Shown here piece by piece: positions 1 through 13,700 of a DNA stretch of 64,000 nucleotides (positions within the stretch are counted from its first letter, which is position 1; every line of letters starts with the position of its first letter). Under the pieces are notes generated by a model that was not told where the DNA came from, searched no databases, and saw only the letters and a program-made list of their open reading frames with translations. The stretch is taken from positions 30,628,001 to 30,692,000 of the forward strand of contig CM060731.1 in NCBI GenBank assembly GCA_030704615.1, written 5' to 3'. This stretch comes from Takakia lepidozioides. Taxonomy: Eukaryota; Plantae; Bryophyta. The position numbers were made by a program, and so were the translations under genes.

Positions 1-2326
1 GAGGGAGCTCGGTCGTGCTCATGCACGCTCAACTTGAGAGAGATGAGCCGCACAACTGACGAGCTCATGAAAATAAGATGGTTCAGGTGTCAAGCTAAAC
101 TTGACACCTGACTTAACACTTGAACTAATTCTAAGTATTAAATATAAATAACTAGATTTATTCTAGTTAGTTTCACACTGTGTTCATTTAACTTGACAGT
201 TGTCGTACGCATACGTATCGCTACACAACTACATCGTTGTCCAAACCACACCACATATATATGCACAATACAGTAGTCTGCCACAATCGCCCCCTTAGCT
301 GGTGGTTAGGTCCCTCTAACTCCAGATATCTATAAGATGTAATAGCCACAGCCGTACTAAGTCATTTATCACTGTCCCTATTGTACTCAAACTCTATAGA
401 CCAAGAGGCCGGGTACAAGAGTAGCCCCATCGTTAGTCGTCGTCTTGCAATCTGTGAACTTGAGCCAGGATCTCGTGTGTTGGTCTCCTAGTAGCTTGGC
501 CTTGCATTTTTTGTTAGTCTTCCATGGTTGTATCCACTCCCACTATCCAATGCAATGCGGACATAACCAATCCCCATCAGGAACCATCTGAAGAGGTGGA
601 GTCAAGCATCCCATATGCCAACCTCTAGAGCATCGATCACACACCACCATGGTGGCTGCCCCTCTAGCAGACCCACACAACATGCACCTCAAACTTGCAG
701 GTACCATTGCCAGGTTTGGGTCAATCCTGCCATTGACATTCGGAAGGTGACATGGCGCGCAATTACGCACATGGTCCTTCTAATTCATGTCATCCCGACC
801 CTCCAAGATCAGGACGCTTGAGGGCAATACCTCTCGAACCCTCAAAATAACACGTCCTGCAGTCACATCCAGGGTCGTTGGAGCAGTCTGCTGCAGATAA
901 ACATAGTCACCAAGGTGAAATAATGGCAAAGTTCTCGAAAGCCATGGGCATGACTTTCTTGAACAAACTCCGCGCGCTGACCGCATGCACGTGCCCACAC
1001 GTCCGGATCGTCAAGATTGAGGACTACTACAGCCTCCCTGCGAATAGATGCAGACAAATCTGGCTCTCAGCCAAAGAGAAGGAAATAAGGCGAGAATGAG
1101 GCAAGTGATGTTTGCTTGCTGAACCTGTAGCCCATGGCTAACCAGGGTAGCTGAAGGTCCCAATCTCCAAGGTGTCCCTTCTGCAAACCATACTTGCGCA
1201 AACCCCTCTTAACCGTTTGCACAACCCTCTCTGCCAAGCCATCGGCCTCAGGATGATCCCGAGAAGTGGTGCGGTGGTCTATCAAGGCATTGTCACACAA
1301 CGCCTGAAACTCCCCCCAAGAACTCTCTCCCTTGATCCGTGAGTACCTCAGCTGGAGCACCGAATCGGCTAAGTACACGATCCAAGAATGCATACGCAGC
1401 TCCCTCACTAGTCTTATCAGGCAATGGAACCAAATCGATCCACTTGGAGAAGTGTTCCACCATCACCAACACGTACTTGTTGTGGCGCATGGTCAGTGGC
1501 AACGGCCTTGCGATGGTGTAGGAGCGTTGAATGAAGCACGCACCTTGTCACACACCATGCACCTAGCCACAAATTGTTGCATCTATGTGTGCATACCACG
1601 CCACGAATACTGCCTCTGCAGTAGACTATGAGTGCGTCGCACCCCAAAATGCCCCATCTCCTCATGAGCATGCTGCACTAACAGTGTCCGTTGTGTTGGG
1701 TGAGGCACAATCCTCACTCGACCATCCTCCCACATTCGGAGCAGGTGTGTCCCCTCCCACTTGAACCTCTTGGCTCGTTGTAGGATCCGATCCCTCTCCT
1801 TGGCAGTCATAGTGGCTGCCGTGTCTTCAGTGCGGAGATAGTCCAACACAGCTGAATCCTCATGTATATCTCTGGCGCCACCTTGCTCATTGTTGGCCTC
1901 AGGGTCCTCACACACTCGGTCTATAGTCATCCATGTTGTAGGTCCAACCTGGCCTTCCGCTGCCAAGATACACAAAAATGCAGATGCATGCCATCCGAGC
2001 ACCATCTCCTTGTCCGTCTCACCATGCCACCGAGCTCCAATGTCATCCTGCTGGCTCGTGCATGGATTGCGACTCAACTCATCCGCATCCCGATTGACTA
2101 GACCGGGTCGATGTACCACCTGCTAGAGTATGAGTGCCCACCGTGCAAGCTTTCCTATAAGCTTGTCTGACTCCATCAACCACTTGAGTGGCTGATGATC
2201 CGTGACAAGGGTGAAGAGATTGCCGTATAGATAGCACCTAAAGTCTGTCACGGCCCACACTGCAGCTAAGCACTCTCCCTCATATGAGCTATACTTAGCC
2301 TCTGCAGCGTTGTTCGAGCGGCTAGC
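1..2326 (-). mobile_element. Family A (DNMT/PHD Gypsy-type retrotransposon), copy A2, 3' part: RNaseH end, integrase, PHD finger, 3' UTR, repeat A (201-285), repeat B (1-198, runs off the window)
   Basis: Reverse complement of ~35270-37690. ORF fragments: SRSNNAAEAKYSSYEGECLAAVWAV (RNaseH), HAHEEMGHFG (zf-H2C2), rve core, PHD. Continues at 10732 beyond the CACTA insertion. Confidence 0.93.
543..2326 (-). pseudogene. Degenerate RNaseH-integrase-PHD finger coding region of copy A2
   Basis: ORFs 2123-2347, 1583-2119, 1293-1502, 1067-1408, 780-998 and 543-770 are consecutive pieces of the 35619-37154 protein, broken by stops, frameshifts and small deletions. C4-H-C3 PHD: CMLC...CDRCSRGWHMGCLTPPL..VPDGDWLCPHC. 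Confidence 0.92.
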
Positions 2327-3174
2327 CACTAGAAGCATTCGTGTCATTTACCACTAGGATAACGACTCATTTTGAGTCATAAAAGTCAAAAAACCGGGAT
2401 CGACTGGAAGTTATAAACGACTAGTTACAATAGACGTGGAAGTTGGGTCGGACATCCAATGATTGAAGTGGTAAAGGACGCAGACGCATGAACAACTGCT
2501 CAGCAATTATTGCGATTAATGCTGAAGAACCACGTGGCTTAACCAGGCGAGCTGCCCGTGTGTCTGACCTTTTGGGTTGACTTTAACTGTTCCCTCCCGA
2601 TGAATGGAGTGACTCACCAAAGCACGGTGACACATGGACGCGGACGTGGACGCGGATGTGGACGTCGACGTGGCGGCGGCGCGACGACCACCACTACTGC
2701 CACGTAGCCATGGGCCCGGGCGCCACGTGGTAGTCGACCAGATAACTTGTAGTGCTACATGCCCAGTGGTAACTGCGACTACGGAAGTCGGCGCAACCAC
2801 TGCTTTACTACTTTAAATGTGCTCGAAATTACTTGAACAATCACTCATAGTGGTTCATGCTTTGAAGTTTTGGTGTTTGTAGTGAGCACGCATGTAATGC
2901 CATACAAGAGAACTAATCATGTCATTAGAAACGTGAAAACAATGAAAGACATGTCATGAAACAAAACGAAATGAAAATGAAATGAAAATGAAATGAATCT
3001 GTAGAAAACTCAAAGAGCTTATGGTACAAAATGAAAAACCAAAGTCAAAAAACAGCAAGCTACTACTGCTCTGGGGATTGCCTACGGGTCAAGGCCTCGT
3101 GCAGGTAAGCTGCCAAGCAATTGTGATCCTCATAATGCAAGACTCAGTGACAGATTGAGTCTCATGGAATAGAC

Positions 3175-5845
3175 CTACCCATGCAGGTTTCTTATAGCTA
3201 TTGATCCACAGGGAATCATAGGTAATCTTGTGCTTGAGATATGGCCCTCTTGGATGAATCTGGACCCACACTCTCTTTGCTCCTTCAGCTACCCATGCCT
3301 CTGTACAAATTATGCATTCATCCTTGTCTTGCTGCTAGTAGCTGACAATGACAGCCTATATTTATTCTAGGAAACACCCAACTCAGCTTCTCACACTAGT
3401 TCCTATGCTGAATGCGTCTGCTACTCTATGGAATTTAACAGGCATTCACCTTTTTGCCTCGGTTGTCCCATCATTGACTGGGGCAGAAAAGTATTCATTC
3501 CACAGCTTCTCCTCATCTTTGTTACTTGTTTTTTTATACTTTCATGTTGTCACATTGGCAATATCATGTCAAAGTCACTCCAAACTAGATTCACTCAACC
3601 AGCTAACTTGCAAAATTCAACATAGAAATTGAGGGCCGACTCTGATAAGAGGGAAATACAAGGTGAAATGTGTTGAAGAAGATGGAGGATTGTTATTTTG
3701 TCAGCCATCAGCCATTAGCCATCAGCCATCAGTATGACGTGGACACACGAAAAATGGCCGCGTGGCAAAGGGTCGTCCAAAATATTTTTCTCGAGCTGCC
3801 CATAAATCCAAAACTGAATGATAGTCGTTTTCCAATAGGAAATGAATGAGAACAACACTATATTGCTTGTCAACATCGGATAACTAACGTCGAGACCTAA
3901 CAAGATAAGATACAAAACCTTTAATTATCACAGAAGGCTGGCAAAGGCGGGGTATGAGTTGTGGACTTGAAGGACAACAGTCGCAGGCTAGATGGCCGCG
4001 GAGAACACCTTCGTTGGCCAAAGGTGGAGGATGAAGAAGATGATTGGGATGAAGTTAGGAAAAATGAAAATTTTCGGTTTATTATTATTATTATTATTAA
4101 CATTGCTATATCATCCTCCACCTTCGATGGACGAAGGTTCGGGGTGAAGTGGGGAAAAATGATAATTTTCGGAAGCACCATGGTTGAGCGAATGTTGTCA
4201 CCTTCGTTAGTCAAAGGTGCAGTTTTTGGGCAGGTTCGTTGGGCAGGGGCAAATGTTCATGCTGACCTTCGTCACTGATGGAATTGAGCTGTTTACTGAC
4301 AGAATATGAGCTCTCAAGAAGATGCCTTCATTAGCAGTGTCTGATTTTATAAATTGTGTTGCTGCTGCCAGTTGACCATCTACCCATGCAGGTTTCTTGT
4401 AGCTACAGAGTCAATCTGGAGCTTGAAGCCCGGCCCTCTTGGATGAATTTGCACCCACACTCTATCCTTGCTCCTTCAACTATCCATGCCTCTGCACAAA
4501 TCATGCATATATCATTGCCTTGCTGCTAGCAGCTGACGATGACAGCCTAGATTTGTTCTAGCAAACACCCCAACTCTACTTGGAAAAACAGACTGAAATG
4601 TGTTGAGGAAGATGCCTTCATTAGCAGCACCTCATTCTATCAACAGTTGCACTACCGCTACTGTTTCCACTTGCAACAATTGACCATCTACTCCAGCTGA
4701 TTTCTTGTAGCTATTGATCCCTCAGCCTGAACCTGAACATGAATCTGGACCTTTATCCCTAGTCCCTCAGCTATCCCCGGTCCTTCAGCTATCCCTGCCC
4801 GTGCACAGATCATGAACACATCCCTCAGCCTTGCTGCTAGCAGCTGACACTGACGGCGTGAAGTTCTTCCAGAAAACATCCCAACCTTGTACTTAACAGT
4901 ATTTCCAACTCTGAACTGCAACTACTTCTCTCTGTAGTCCAACAAGCACTCACATTTTTGTCTCCATTGTCCCCCCACTGACTGGGGTCGGAAAAGTGTT
5001 CATTCCAAAGCTTCTCTTCATCTTGTTATCTGTTTTTGGGTACTTTTCTGCTACCACATCAGCAGTAACTTGTCAAAGTTACTCCAAACCACCCCACATC
5101 CACCCAACAAGCTAACTTACAGCATTCAATATGTAAATTCAGGGCTGAGTCTGATGAGAAGGCAAAATAGGCTAGGTCAAAGAAGAAGGTGCCCTCACCA
5201 CATTGTCCTCGACCTTGTGTCATGATCCATGGAGGATTTGACTGACCATGCACCCAAGAGGACCTCTTGTGTGTGCGAGGTGTGTGCAGCTTCCACAGGG
5301 AATTGTAGGCGATCTATAGCTTGAAATCCGGCCCTCTTGGATGAATATGGACCCACACTACTCCCTGCTCCTTCAGCTATCCATGCCTCTGCACAAATCA
5401 TGCATACATCCTTGCCTTGATGCTAGCAGCTGACAATAACACCCTAGAATTGTTCCAGCAAACACCCCAACCCTACTTATCGCACTAGTTCTTATGCTGA
5501 CTTTGCTTCCAACAGGCATTGATCACCTTTTTGCCTGGATTGTTCCACCATTGAATGGGGTCGGAAACGTATTCATTCCAGAGATTCTCCACATCTCTAT
5601 TATCTGTTTTTCAATACTTTCTTGTCGACCACATTGGCAGTAACATGTCAAAATCACTCCAACACCACCATAGATCCACCAACGAGCTAACTTGCAGAAT
5701 TCAACATGAAAATTTAGGGACGACTATGATAGCAGGGGAAAACAGGGTGAAATATGTCAAGAAGAAGGTACATTCATTAGCAGTGGGCCTTGTTCTATCA
5801 ATTGTGTTGCTGCCGTTGTTGTTTCCAGTTGACCATCTACCCACT
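3175..5845 (-). pseudogene. Tandem degenerate copies of a two-exon OSB-type PDF-motif unit (cargo of the CACTA)
   Basis: Exon 'DEEKLWNEYF..P..WWDNRGKK|gt' at ~3450-3550, ~4955-5050 and ~5527-5620. Exon 'ag|IHPRGPDFKHKIT.DSLWINSYKKPAWV' at ~3175-3260, ~4375-4450, ~4685-4745 and ~5290-5350. A repeated ~180-200 bp intron separates them. Confidence 0.75.
3685..4315. mobile_element. MULE-like non-autonomous element (MITE), 631 bp
   Basis: 9-bp TSD AAGAAGATG (3676-3684, 4316-4324). An uninterrupted homologous site is at ~4600-4625. Degenerate TIRs GAGGATTGTTATTTTGTCAGCCATCAGC vs GAGAGCTCATATTCTGTCAGTAAACAGC. Confidence 0.75.
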
Positions 5846-5858
5846 TGTAGCGGCTGTG

Positions 5859-7095
5859 CTATTGAAGAAGGTGCCCCCCTTCCCCCATCATTTGATCATA
5901 GGTCTCCAAAGCCTCCATACCATGTCCCTGTTGTGCATATCCTACAAGCATCGCGTTCCATGACACCACATTTGGTTCAGCCATAAGGTTGAAAACTCCC
6001 TTCGCATCCTTAATGCACCCACATTTGGCATAGACGTCCACCAGGGCAGTGTTCAGCATGACATCTGGTACAATTCCAGCTTGACGATGTAACCATGGAC
6101 CTCTTTCCCCTTTTCCAGAGGTCCCGGGCTTGCACACGCATTGCAAACATAAGCGTGATGTGGTTGGGCTTCACCCTTTTGCGTAGCATTTGCTCATAGA
6201 TTGCCAAAGCATTCCTACCACACCCATGCTTGGTAAATCCTGCCAACATTATATTCCACGTGATCAAAGATCGTTGAGGCATTCTGTAGTCTAAATCTTG
6301 GCGAGTATCCATGATGCTCCCGCACTTAACATACATGTTGACAGGGTGTTGAGTAGAAAAACATTTGGCATAAATCCACTTTGGATAATGTGAGTGTGCA
6401 CCTGATTCCAGCTTCCAGACCTAGAGCCTTTGTCAGGCTGCATGCCTCACAAAGCATCTTCACATGCCCCGCAGAAGAGGCATTGTGGACTCCCTCTCTT
6501 GATCCTCTTTCAGAAGCTGTGGTCATGGTTGAGGTACCTGATTTTATCAACTGTGCCGCTGCAGCTGCTGCCTTTAGTTGACCACCTACCCATTTAGGTT
6601 TCTTGTACCTATTGATCCACATGGAATCACAAGTAATCTGGAGCTTGAAGTCCGGCCCTCTTAGATGAATCTGGACCCACACTCTATCCCTTCTCCTTCA
6701 GCTATCCATGCCTCTGCACAAATCATGCATTCATCTTTGCCTTTGCTGCTAGCAGCTGATAATGACAACCTAGGAAACACCCAATCACACTAGTTCCTAT
6801 GCTGATTGCGTCTGCTACTCTCTGTCATCTAATAGGCATTCAACTTTTTGCCTCGGTTGTCCCACCATTCACTTGGGTCAACAAAGTATTCATTCCACAC
6901 CTTCTCCTCATCTCTGTTATCTATTTTGGATACTTTCCTGCTGCCACATCGGCAGGTACTTATCATAGTCATTCCAAACCACCACAGATCCACCCAACAA
7001 GCTAACTTACAGAATTCAATATGCATCTCAGGGCCGAGTCTGATGAGAGGGAAAATCAGGCTGAAATAGGTCGAAGAAGAAGGTGCCCTCACCAC
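5859..7095 (-). pseudogene. Best-preserved PDF-motif + PLS-class PPR fusion gene fragment
   Basis: ORF 6829-7095 ends ..DEEKVWNEYFVDPSEWWDNRGKK. After an intron, ORF 6326-6682 reads IHLRGPDFKLQITCDSMWINRYKKPKWV..linker..KMLCEA..GLEAG and runs (frameshifted) into MYVKCGSI..TWNIMLAGFTKHG..NTALVDVYAKCGCIKDAKGVFNLMAEPNVVSWNAMLVGYAQQG. Confidence 0.85.
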
Positions 7096-8589
7096 ATTGT
7101 CCTTGACAATTCAATATGCATCTCAGGGCTGAGTCTGATGAGAGGGAAAAACAGGCTGAAATAGGTCAAAGAAGAAGGTACCCTCACCACATTCTCCAAG
7201 GCCTCCATACCACGCCCCTGCTGTGCACACCCTGCAAGCATCGTGTTCCACGTGATCCATCGGTGGTAAAAAGTTGCGCTTCTCGCCATTCGTCGTATTT
7301 TCGCTACAGACATATTTTGTGGTATATTTGGAAATCAAATTCCCGGTGATGGCTCTGGGGTCTTTGACCCTGCCACTGAATCATAGGTTGTCCGGAGTCC
7401 CCTCCAGTTGTCCCGCACTGCTAACAAGTCCACGCTTTGCCGTTTGAAGTCGTCCTGACCTGTTGTCGTTCCGATGCGGCCAATTGCTTTGTTGCGATAT
7501 TTCATCGCTATACATGTCGCTTCCACCAATTGCCAAGCTCCTCGCCGTGTGTTCCTACTGGACTTGAAAGGCGGGAGAAAAGAGAGATCGCAATCTGGGA
7601 CTGGAACAGTCGTCCTGTATTGTTTGAACAGGATTATCTCGCCATTTCTGGTACCGAATTGGCAGCCTAATATACTGTCGATGCAGCTGGCTACCTTCAT
7701 CCCCTGTCATTTCTCCTGCGATGTGTGACTGGAAGTGTTATCACAATTCCTACATGTTACATCTGTTTCGGATTGGGGTTTAGAGCAGCATAGTATCTTC
7801 TACCATTATATCAATACCGTGGTTGGTAGAAACTATAAACCCACCAAATGGCTCCTGGACTGTCATTAAGTACCTCACACCCAAAACACAATGTTTGGAC
7901 AAGAGTACAGCTCTCTCTACCCTTATGATCCCCTCAGTGTGGCTGGCAATTATTGCTCTTCACTCTTCCAGACGGGACCGCGTGCTTGATAAGCACCCTT
8001 CCACATTGAGGAGTATATTTTAAATGTTTGCACATGCAAGATCTCTGTTAAAACGTCACTCAGACAGCGCAATAAACTGAAAGAAAATAGACACACCAGG
8101 TATGTCAGAAATTTAAGCAGACAAGCAAGCTGATGGAAGGAGGAGAAGGGTGTCGATAAATTTTTTGCATGAACATACAGGGAACTTCTTGGACCACGAT
8201 TTCTGCTGGGATGGGTCAAGGACAATCTCAAGCCTAAAATGCTCCAATTCAAACAACCAGGAAGAGCACAAATAGAGATGGACATTACCTTGCTTTGGTA
8301 TCCCTCGAGGCCAACATCATAGCCATCAGTTGGAATGATCTGGGGCCCCGCATGGCCAAGCCGGGTACCCATTTCAGCTCCACAGACAAGCGCGTTAATC
8401 TACTGAAGGATGTGAAGTTTCCCGCCCCCTCCCTGCAAGAAGAAGACAGGGCATAGCCTCTCCGGCGAGCTCGGAGAACAGCAGAGCTCGCTCCCATCCC
8501 CGGGACAGAGGGACCCTCCATCTAAAACCTCCCGTGATGTGTTTCAAAGAAGAAGACAATTGCCCTCGGCATTCAAAAACACTAGAGGT

Positions 8590-10255
8590 TTCTGCCAGAA
8601 GAGGCATTGTGGACTCCCTCTCTTGATCCTCTTCCAGAAGTTGTGGTCATGGTTGAGGTGCCTGATTTTATCAACTGTGCCACTGCAGCAGCTGCCTTTG
8701 GCGATGCAACCATGCACCTCTTTGCATCTGGTAATCTGACAGGCATTCACCTTGGTACAATTCCAGCTCAACCATGCACCTCTTTGCATCTGGTAATCTG
8801 ACAGGCATTCACCTTGGTACAAATTCCAGCTCTGAAGAAGTCGCCATGGACCTCTTTCCCATTTTCCCGAGCTGCCAGGGCAGTGTTCATAATAACATTT
8901 GGTACAACTCCAGCTTTGATGATACCCCATGCACCTCTTTGCCCTTGTCCAGGGCTTGATGCACCCACATTTTGCATACATGTCCACCAGGGTATGGTTC
9001 AGATGACATTTGGTACAATTCCAGCTCTGAAGATGTCGCCATGGACCTCTTTCCCCTTTTCCAGAGCTGGCACAGCAGTGTTCAGAATGACATTTGGTAC
9101 AATTCTAGCTTTGATGACATGCACCTCTTTGCCCTTGTCCAGGGCTGTTAGGCTTGCACAAGCATTGCAAATGCACACAAACATGATGTGGTCGGGCTTT
9201 ACCCCTTCCCCCATCATTTGATCATAGGTCTCCAAAGCCTCCATCCCACGTCCCTGTTGTGCATACCCTGCAAGCATCGCACTCCATGACACCACATCTC
9301 GTTCAGCCATAGTGTCGAAAACTCCCTTTGCATCCTCAATGCATCCACATTTGGCATACATGTCCAGGTCAGGGCAGTGTATCTGATGCAATTCCAGCTT
9401 TGACCGATGTCACCATGGACCTCTTAATTCCCCTTTTCTAAGCTTGCACACGCATTGCAAACACATACAAACGTGAAATCATCCATGATGCTCCCCTTAA
9501 CATACATGTTGACAAGGTTGTTGAGTAGAAAAACGTTCGGCGTGAATCCACTTTGGACAATGTGAGTGCGCACCTGCTTTCCAGCTTCCAAGCCTTTCAT
9601 CTTGATGTACTTATGCAAGAGACACACATTCGTATCTACATCTGCTAGTATGCCTCCTTGGTTTAAAGTCTATAGAGCCTCTTTCAGTCTGCTTGCCTCA
9701 TAAAGCATCTTCACATGCCCATAAGTGCCAGAAGAGGCATTGTGGACTTCCTCTCTTGATCCTCATCTAGAAGTTGTGGTCATGGTTGAGGTGCCTGATT
9801 TTATCAACTGTGCCGCTACAGCTGCCGCTTCCAGCTGACCATCTACCCGTGGAGGTTTCTTGTAGCTATCCTTCACAGGGAACCATAGGTGTGGAGCTTG
9901 AAATCCGATCCTCTTGGATGAATATGGACCCACACTCTATCATGCTCCTTCAGCTATCACTGCCTCTGCATGCATCATGCCCCCGTGCTGCCCCCTTTTA
10001 CCAGGCAACAAGTTCCCAACCAGGGCCTCATGAGAAACACAGTCTTTCAGTTTTATGTTTATGGTGGTAATGACAACCATCCTTGCCTTGCTGCCAATGC
10101 GATCAGCGCACTCCGCCACACCACATCTGGCCACAGTCGAACACTACCTTTGCATCTTCAATGCTCCCGCATTCGGCATACATGTCCACTAGGGCGGTGT
10201 TCAGAATGACATACCCTACAATTCCAGCTTTCACGATGTCACCGTGGACCTTCCA
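8590..10255 (-). pseudogene. Second scrambled PDF-PPR (PLS-class) fragment set
   Basis: PDF exon 2 at ~9838-9925, then linker, GLEAGKQVRTHIVQSGFTPNVFLLNNLVNMYVK (9424-9627) and DMYAKCGCIEDAKGVFDTMAERDVVSWSAMLAGYAQQG (8999-9391), plus short internal duplications at 8700-9130. Confidence 0.85.
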
Positions 10256-10731
10256 TGTCACTTCCAGGTGGAGGCAGTACATATTAAAATATCTATTCCC
10301 CCAAGGCCAGATTTTGTTTGCCTATTCTTGTGAAACACACGTCAGCAAATGTGCCCCCGAATCACGGGTGCAATCAATGCGCAGTGGTTCATGGAGTCGT
10401 TGAGTCGACTACATATTCAATTTAATGAATAAATATTTTTATTCCATTAATCGAATTAGGAATGAAAATTTCTAGTCGCATGTGCAGTAATTAGAACCAC
10501 TTGTAATTTCCACTTTTTCAAATTTTATGTATTTATGCAATTAATTAAATAGCCCGAATTGTTGCTACGACTCCGGAGTCGTTGACCCCACTTCTGTCCA
10601 CCGTCTGAAATGCCCCCGTGGGCCCACATTGTCCGTTTCGACTTTCCAGTAATCCCGCTTACTGCCAAGTGGTTCCCGGAGTGGTTGGCGGATACCCAGT
10701 CGATTCGGAAAAGACACGAATGCTTCTAGTG

Positions 10732-13700
10732 AGCATAAGCCACTACGAACTCTCTTCCCTCATCATCCACTTGTGTGAGCACCACTCCAAGCCCCAGCAT
10801 GCTCCAATCTGTATGCAACTGAAAAGGACGCCCCCTGATAGGTCGTCTCAAGATAGGCGCTGAGGCCAACCTCGCCTTGAGCTCTTGAAAAGCTCGTTCT
10901 TGCTCATCTTCCCACTGCCACTCCTGGTCCACCTTGGTCAGCTTGGTTAGAGCCTTTGCAATGGCACTAAATCCCTTGACAAACCGTCTATAATAGTTTG
11001 CCAACCCCATGAACGAACTCGGCTCACATCCGTGGGGCGGGGAATCTGTGCAATGGCCTCTACCTTAGTCTGCTGTACCCCCAATCCTCCAGGATATATC
11101 ATGTGACCCAGATACTTAATCTGGTTGTGGAAAAACTTGCACTTCCCCGGATGTAACTTCAATCCGTGCGCCCTCAAGCGCTCAAATACCACCAGAAGGT
11201 GTCTCTCATGCTCTCGCTGCTACATAGATGACATCATCATCTTTAGTGTTACGGAAACTATGTAGGAGCTTCTTAAGCCCAAATGGTCAGAACCGCCACT
11301 GGTATAGGCAATCCTTCCCGTGCTCATTGATCCCCCAAAATGTCGTCTTCTGCTTATCTGCCTCTTTGATCGGCAACTGGTGATATCCGGATCGTAAATC
11401 CAAAGTGCTAAAGACCTTGGCATGCCCAATGGCATCAAAGATCTCCTCTGGTGTTGGCATGGCATACCTATCGGACTTGGTCTGACGATTTACAGGCCGG
11501 TAATCACCGCTCATACGTCTCTCCGTCCAATTGCCATAGACATCCTTCTTGGCTGGCATCACTGTGGCTGAAGCATACTCTCCACCAAATCACCATGAGA
11601 TAGCTCCACCAAATCAGCCTCCCAGAGGTCCCGAGTCCTCATCTGAATCAAGGACCTCTCCATGTCACTGTATCTATAGGATCTCCGAAAGATTGGCGTG
11701 TCAGTGGCCAATTCAATGCAAATCTCTTGACCCTTCAGTGCTCCCAAGTCCTTCAAACTGAAGGCAAAGCAGTTCCTGTAAGCCCTCAATAACCACCGTA
11801 TACGTCGTCTCTCTCCTCCGGTGACTATGGGTCCATTATCAGGCTCTCAGTTGTCCTCCGTGACTGCAACCTTGAGTCCAGCAGGCTTAGAGGTAGAAGA
11901 CGCAGCCAAACTGATAATCCAGGTCAAGCAATTGAGATCCATTGCTTACCCCAACACCTGACGACGTGATGCCTCAGAATGAGATGGCACTGCTGTGGTA
12001 CCACTGGTAAAACCCATCGCTCACTCGCGCTCGTCAGCATTGGGCTCCACTAATTGCTGCAATTGGCTATCCCACAAGAGGCCAGGTCCACCATCCCGGA
12101 AAGCATGAGATCCTGGAAAGCTAAGCATAGGCAATGTTGTTCATGGGTTACCCACCTTATTGACCACTGCCAAAGGTGACCGGTCATCGTGTCTCACACG
12201 CTGAGACTGCCTCCCTATGTCCAAAATGCTATCCACCGTGAGGTTTGGTGGCCGCTGCACCCCATCAAATGCACGCTTGAGCAGTGCAGGTGGCATAAAG
12301 TTGGTCCACCATAGTTGTGGGCGATGAGCCCGTGACCCCACTGCAGCTGCATCTAGCAACACTGCTAACCCAAGCCAAGACCTCACTTGATGCACACTGG
12401 TCATCACCTTGGCCCGAGAATCACCCATCTATGGCACATTCTCCAAGATATATGTCGGAGAGTTTGTCTGCTGAAGCTGTAAATAGCGCATGACCATCAA
12501 CATTTCCCAAAACAGGCGTGACTTTGAGTCTTGTAACCCATTGTCATGCCCGGCTGATGAATGCCCTTGGCAGGGCCAACCTGCCATTACCAAGTGAATA
12601 GGGCCAACCTGCTCCAAATCATGCGCCCCCAGCAAAGAAATGTATGCTGGCAAGGCTTGCCGGTATCCACGAACTGCAAACACTGACAACAAATCAGGGT
12701 ACTGCTGCACCAACTGAGCAACATGGCACACTGAGACGCGTCATGCAATCTCATCCCTCTCCACATACAGGTAACGTCAAACTCATACACCTACCTACAG
12801 CACTGCAGCCAATCCAGTGTTGATCCCGCCAAACAAGTCTAGAAGGCATATGCCTTCATCCGAGCACTGCCACATAAGAGATGTGGTGTCCAATGGCGAC
12901 AACTGAGGTCGTCCTGGTGCAATCACCGCACTCTCCTCCTCTCCTGACGGTACAAAGGCCTCTACCCATGCTTGTTGCACCCGTGTACCAGCAGCCTGCT
13001 GCAAATCCTTGTTCATGCCCCACAATGGAGTGTGAGCAACCATGGCAGACAACTCTGCTGTACCATGCATGTCATCTTGCTCTGCTAGAGGTAGCACATC
13101 CCTCTGCATGGGCATTGCCCTCCAGCAACTCTCCAGACCAACTAACTGCAGCTGTGAAGGCTGTTAGTGTTGGCATCTTGCCCCGCTGGGCAGCAGGAAC
13201 ACCCCCAATGAATGTCACATGGAGCTGTACACGACGACCATCCCTGACTACCATCCAGGCCTGTAAGATGTTGACTCCTCCCAAAAATCCAGGGTGAAGC
13301 CCATGTGATACAACACTGCCCCACCAACGAGGACATCGTAAAAGACCACGTCTGTCACAATGGCCTTGGCTCGCATCACTGAGCCATCTATAGGATGATC
13401 CGGCTGTAGTCTAATGGCCAACTCACGCCGTGTCATGCCCCGAGCCTGCTCTGATCATCCCAGAGATGTCTGTATCTGGAAATGACAAGGCTTCATATCC
13501 GCCTCGATGAGGCCCAAACCTGCAATAGCAGCTCTGCCCAACATCAATGGCTGAGCTCCCGAGTCCAACAAGATCCACAGTGGCCGGTACCTCTTGTCTG
13601 CCGGTCCACTCAAAGAGAAAATGTCATCCTGGTTGTCTAACAAGACAACTCCAGGTGTCACCATGGCGTGCTCAAAGGCTGGCCTAGCTGGCAGCTCCGT

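Larger units (their letters stand above)
2327..10731. mobile_element. Non-autonomous CACTA (En/Spm) element carrying gene fragments (Pack-CACTA), 8405 bp
   Basis: Perfect 19-bp TIRs CACTAGAAGCATTCGTGTC (2327-2345) and GACACGAATGCTTCTAGTG (10713-10731); 3-bp TSD AGC (2324-2326, 10732-10734). Removing it restores RNaseH 'VVAYASRSNN' as in copy A1. No transposase ORF seen. Confidence 0.95.

Noticed and set aside
7800-8590. Possible L1 ORF1/endonuclease fragment inside the CACTA
   Set aside because: Only faint resemblance to endonuclease motifs across frameshifts; not supportable without a profile search.
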